This document shows, piece by piece, positions 61,613 through 64,000 of a DNA stretch of 64,000 bases (the stretch's first letter is position 1; each line of letters opens with the position of its first letter). A program made the position numbers and the translations under genes. The DNA is from Podarcis filfolensis. Lineage: Eukaryota. Under the pieces are notes generated by a model. It did no database searches. It saw only the letters and a list, made by a program, of their open reading frames with translations, and was not told the origin of the DNA. The DNA is taken from NCBI GenBank assembly GCA_964270895.1, contig OZ185442.1; one strand, given 5' to 3'.

Positions 61613-62523
61613 AAACAGGCCACAATCTAGAGAGGCATACACACCACATTCTGCATTATGCTTGTTCATGCTGAAGATATATTGACAATGAATGTCAACT
61701 CACAAAGTTCAGTTTCTGAACTGCACTCCAAGCAATGACACCAAGAGATAGGAAACCATCCAGACATAATTCATACTTGTTCAGGCACAGCACCTGCACA
61801 CAGAGGGGTGTATATGGGACCCCGTTTCTACTCCTCAGCATCAAAACAGTATGCTGGGCCATTAGATCAGTGGTTGTGCATGCTTCCTGTGTCTCAATCC
61901 AACCCTGCAATGCAGTCTAATTGCTTAAGTTCAAGCGAGGAACGATGTTGGAGGGATACACAAATGTGACACAGAACTCCTGACCCCTGCAATACTGCAT
62001 ATCACAAACCAAGCAAAGAGGGAATGAGTGGAAATGGTGATTCGTTCACATGGCCTTCACTTAGTTTGGCTCAGCCAGAAAGTGAAACACTTTCTGAATC
62101 CAGGAACTTACCCATCTATAAATGCAATACTAAACAATGAATTCAAAAATCCAATGTTAAGGTCACAGCATCAGATGACTGTTAGGGCTCTTTATCTTTT
62201 AATTTAAATAAGTAAACAATCTCACTTTAAAGAACAAACTATGTTTCAGTCATTTATTTAGAAAAGTTTATAAACAGTTTAATCACAAAATAAGTGTTTT
62301 ACATACTTTCATTAAAATATTGGTGGAGGGTTCACTTTTAAAATATATCCCCCCAAAATCTCACAACCAACCTTTTCTGCTTGCAGCAAATTTCTATGCA
62401 CATTTTCTCACCAGGGTTGGAAGGTTCAACTGATATGCTCTTTCTTGGACTTCTCCCAGAATCAGTTGCATTGCCAGAACTGCCCAATGTAGCTCTAATG
62501 TGCTGGGACAGTGTATCTGAGTC

Positions 62524-62731
62524 CAGTGGTACCTCTGGTTAAGAACTTAATTCGTTCTGGAGGTCCGTTCTTAACCTGAGGTACCACTTATCTAATGGGG
62601 CCTCTCGCTGTTGCTGCACCGCCATCACGTGATTTCTGTTCTCATCCTGAGGTAAAGTTCTTAACCAGAGGTACTACTTCCGGGTTAGTGGAGTCTGTAA
62701 CCCGAAGTGTTTGTAACCTGAGGTACCACTG
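62524..62731. mobile_element. Tc1/mariner-type MITE (inverse of the 54908 copy)
   Basis: cagtggtacctctggttaagaac ... aggtaccactg|TA; the reverse complement aligns along the whole 54908-55122 element. Confidence 0.9.
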
Positions 62732-63022
62732 TACAGTCTTTACAAGATTGTGGGAAACACTCCTGTACTGACTTAGGTTGCACTGGGATCTAGGGTTCTC
62801 AGGATGTCCAACTTAGAGCTTCCTAAAAATTTCCCCACTTCTTATGAAAACACACAGAAATAGCCAGACAGAGACCTAAAATAAACTTGGTTAATTTCTA
62901 TTCAGAGAAGGTATCTCAAAGAATGACAATGAGCAGTTGTTATGTCATTTCTGAGACTTGTACATCCCATATTGAACCATAGAAACACAGATAAGAATTT
63001 CAAGTTGAACAGCCTACAGGAC

Positions 63023-63214
63023 AGGCCATAAGGCAATGGTAAAGCATCTGTTTTGTGTGCTACAGTTTGCAAGGTCAGTCCTCAGCAACTCCAGGTAGGT
63101 CTGGAAATGTCCTCTATATGAAAACCTGCAAGACCCCACTGCCAGTCAATGTAGACACTACTGAGCTAGACAGAGCAATGATCTGACTCAGTATAAGGCA
63201 GCTTCCTCAGTTCC
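63023..63214 (+). mobile_element. tRNA-derived squamate SINE
   Basis: Head caatggtaaagcatctgttttg; body ccaggtaggtctgg; tail ctgccagtcaatgtagacactactgagctag..ctgactcagtataaggcagcttcct. Confidence 0.75.
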
Positions 63215-64000
63215 AATTTTTTTGTTTACAAGCAATAACTTGTGTAACAATCTAGTAACTCAAGCTAAACTTACAACAATTTCTATCAGCAGTAACTCTG
63301 AATTCATACATTCCTGCCAAGCTAGCTAGTCTGAAGCTGGAAACAGATTGTCAACCTAAGGTTGCTTCAAGAATAGGCATATTACATGTTGATATTGAAA
63401 ACAGACCCACAAATGACCCAACACAAAATGTCATACTCACTATGGCAAGAGATCAATTACTTTTCCCATACGCGTCTCAAATTGCAAACTATTATTTGCT
63501 CTACAGCTGCTAAAGTGAACCTGTAGTTGACTTATGATTAAAAGCCACAAGTGTTACTAGCCTGACCGCACACACACCTACCTATATTAGTCATTTGTGG
63601 CACAGTGCATGAAAGAAAAAGAAAGCTCTTGTATTTACAAAAGCCTCCCTCCATGGACAGAGGAGATTCTTGTCGCAAGCAGCCAGGTAAGGAGTTTTGC
63701 CAATCCTGAATTATAGGATCAAGCTGTCTACCTCTGTTGGAATAGAAATAGCAGGATTGATTCAGTTTAACACAACTCAACCAGCCACGAGGGTGTGACC
63801 GAAAGACAATCCCTACTCAAAAAGTACCCAGCATAAGCTTTATCTTCAAGAACATCACAATGGGGGGGGGACTATCATGTTAAGTATATTCACCTGGGCC
63901 AATTCCCTGAAACAGCAACGTTCTCTCTCTCTCTCTCTCTGCTCCTTTCCCCGTTTTCTTTTAAACTATGAATGCCAGGAATGGGCAACACCGCTGTCGG

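Overview
Vertebrate genomic DNA, most likely from a squamate. The Sauria-type SINE and the rest of the repeat content point to a lacertid lizard; this is an inference. The window holds GLG1 (Golgi glycoprotein 1 / ESL-1 / MG-160 / cysteine-rich FGF receptor) on the minus strand. I traced 25 coding exons, numbered 2-26 by correspondence to the human gene as I recall it, from 42302 down to the stop codon at 3227. All have GT-AG splice sites and consistent phases, and they total 3102 nt (1033 aa plus stop). Exon 1 lies beyond 64000, so 42303-64000 is intron 1. The rest is intron or 3' flank filled with transposable elements: L1, L2, RTE and CR1 LINE fragments, several tRNA-derived SINE types, Tc1/mariner-, pogo/Tc2- and hAT-type MITEs, and microsatellites. 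The most notable items are: (1) two very young Penelope-like insertions 316 bp apart, each with a perfect target-site duplication and a minimal hammerhead ribozyme motif, one folded back into a perfect 75-bp-arm palindrome; (2) a pogo-like MITE whose tandem 118-bp units carry hairpins with arms that change together; (3) a nested L1/L2/L1/MITE cluster in intron 3 containing an uninterrupted 585-codon chimeric ORF; (4) a 5' splice-site sequence overlapping the GLG1 stop codon. Coordinates were counted by hand. Family names come from motif recognition, not database searches.
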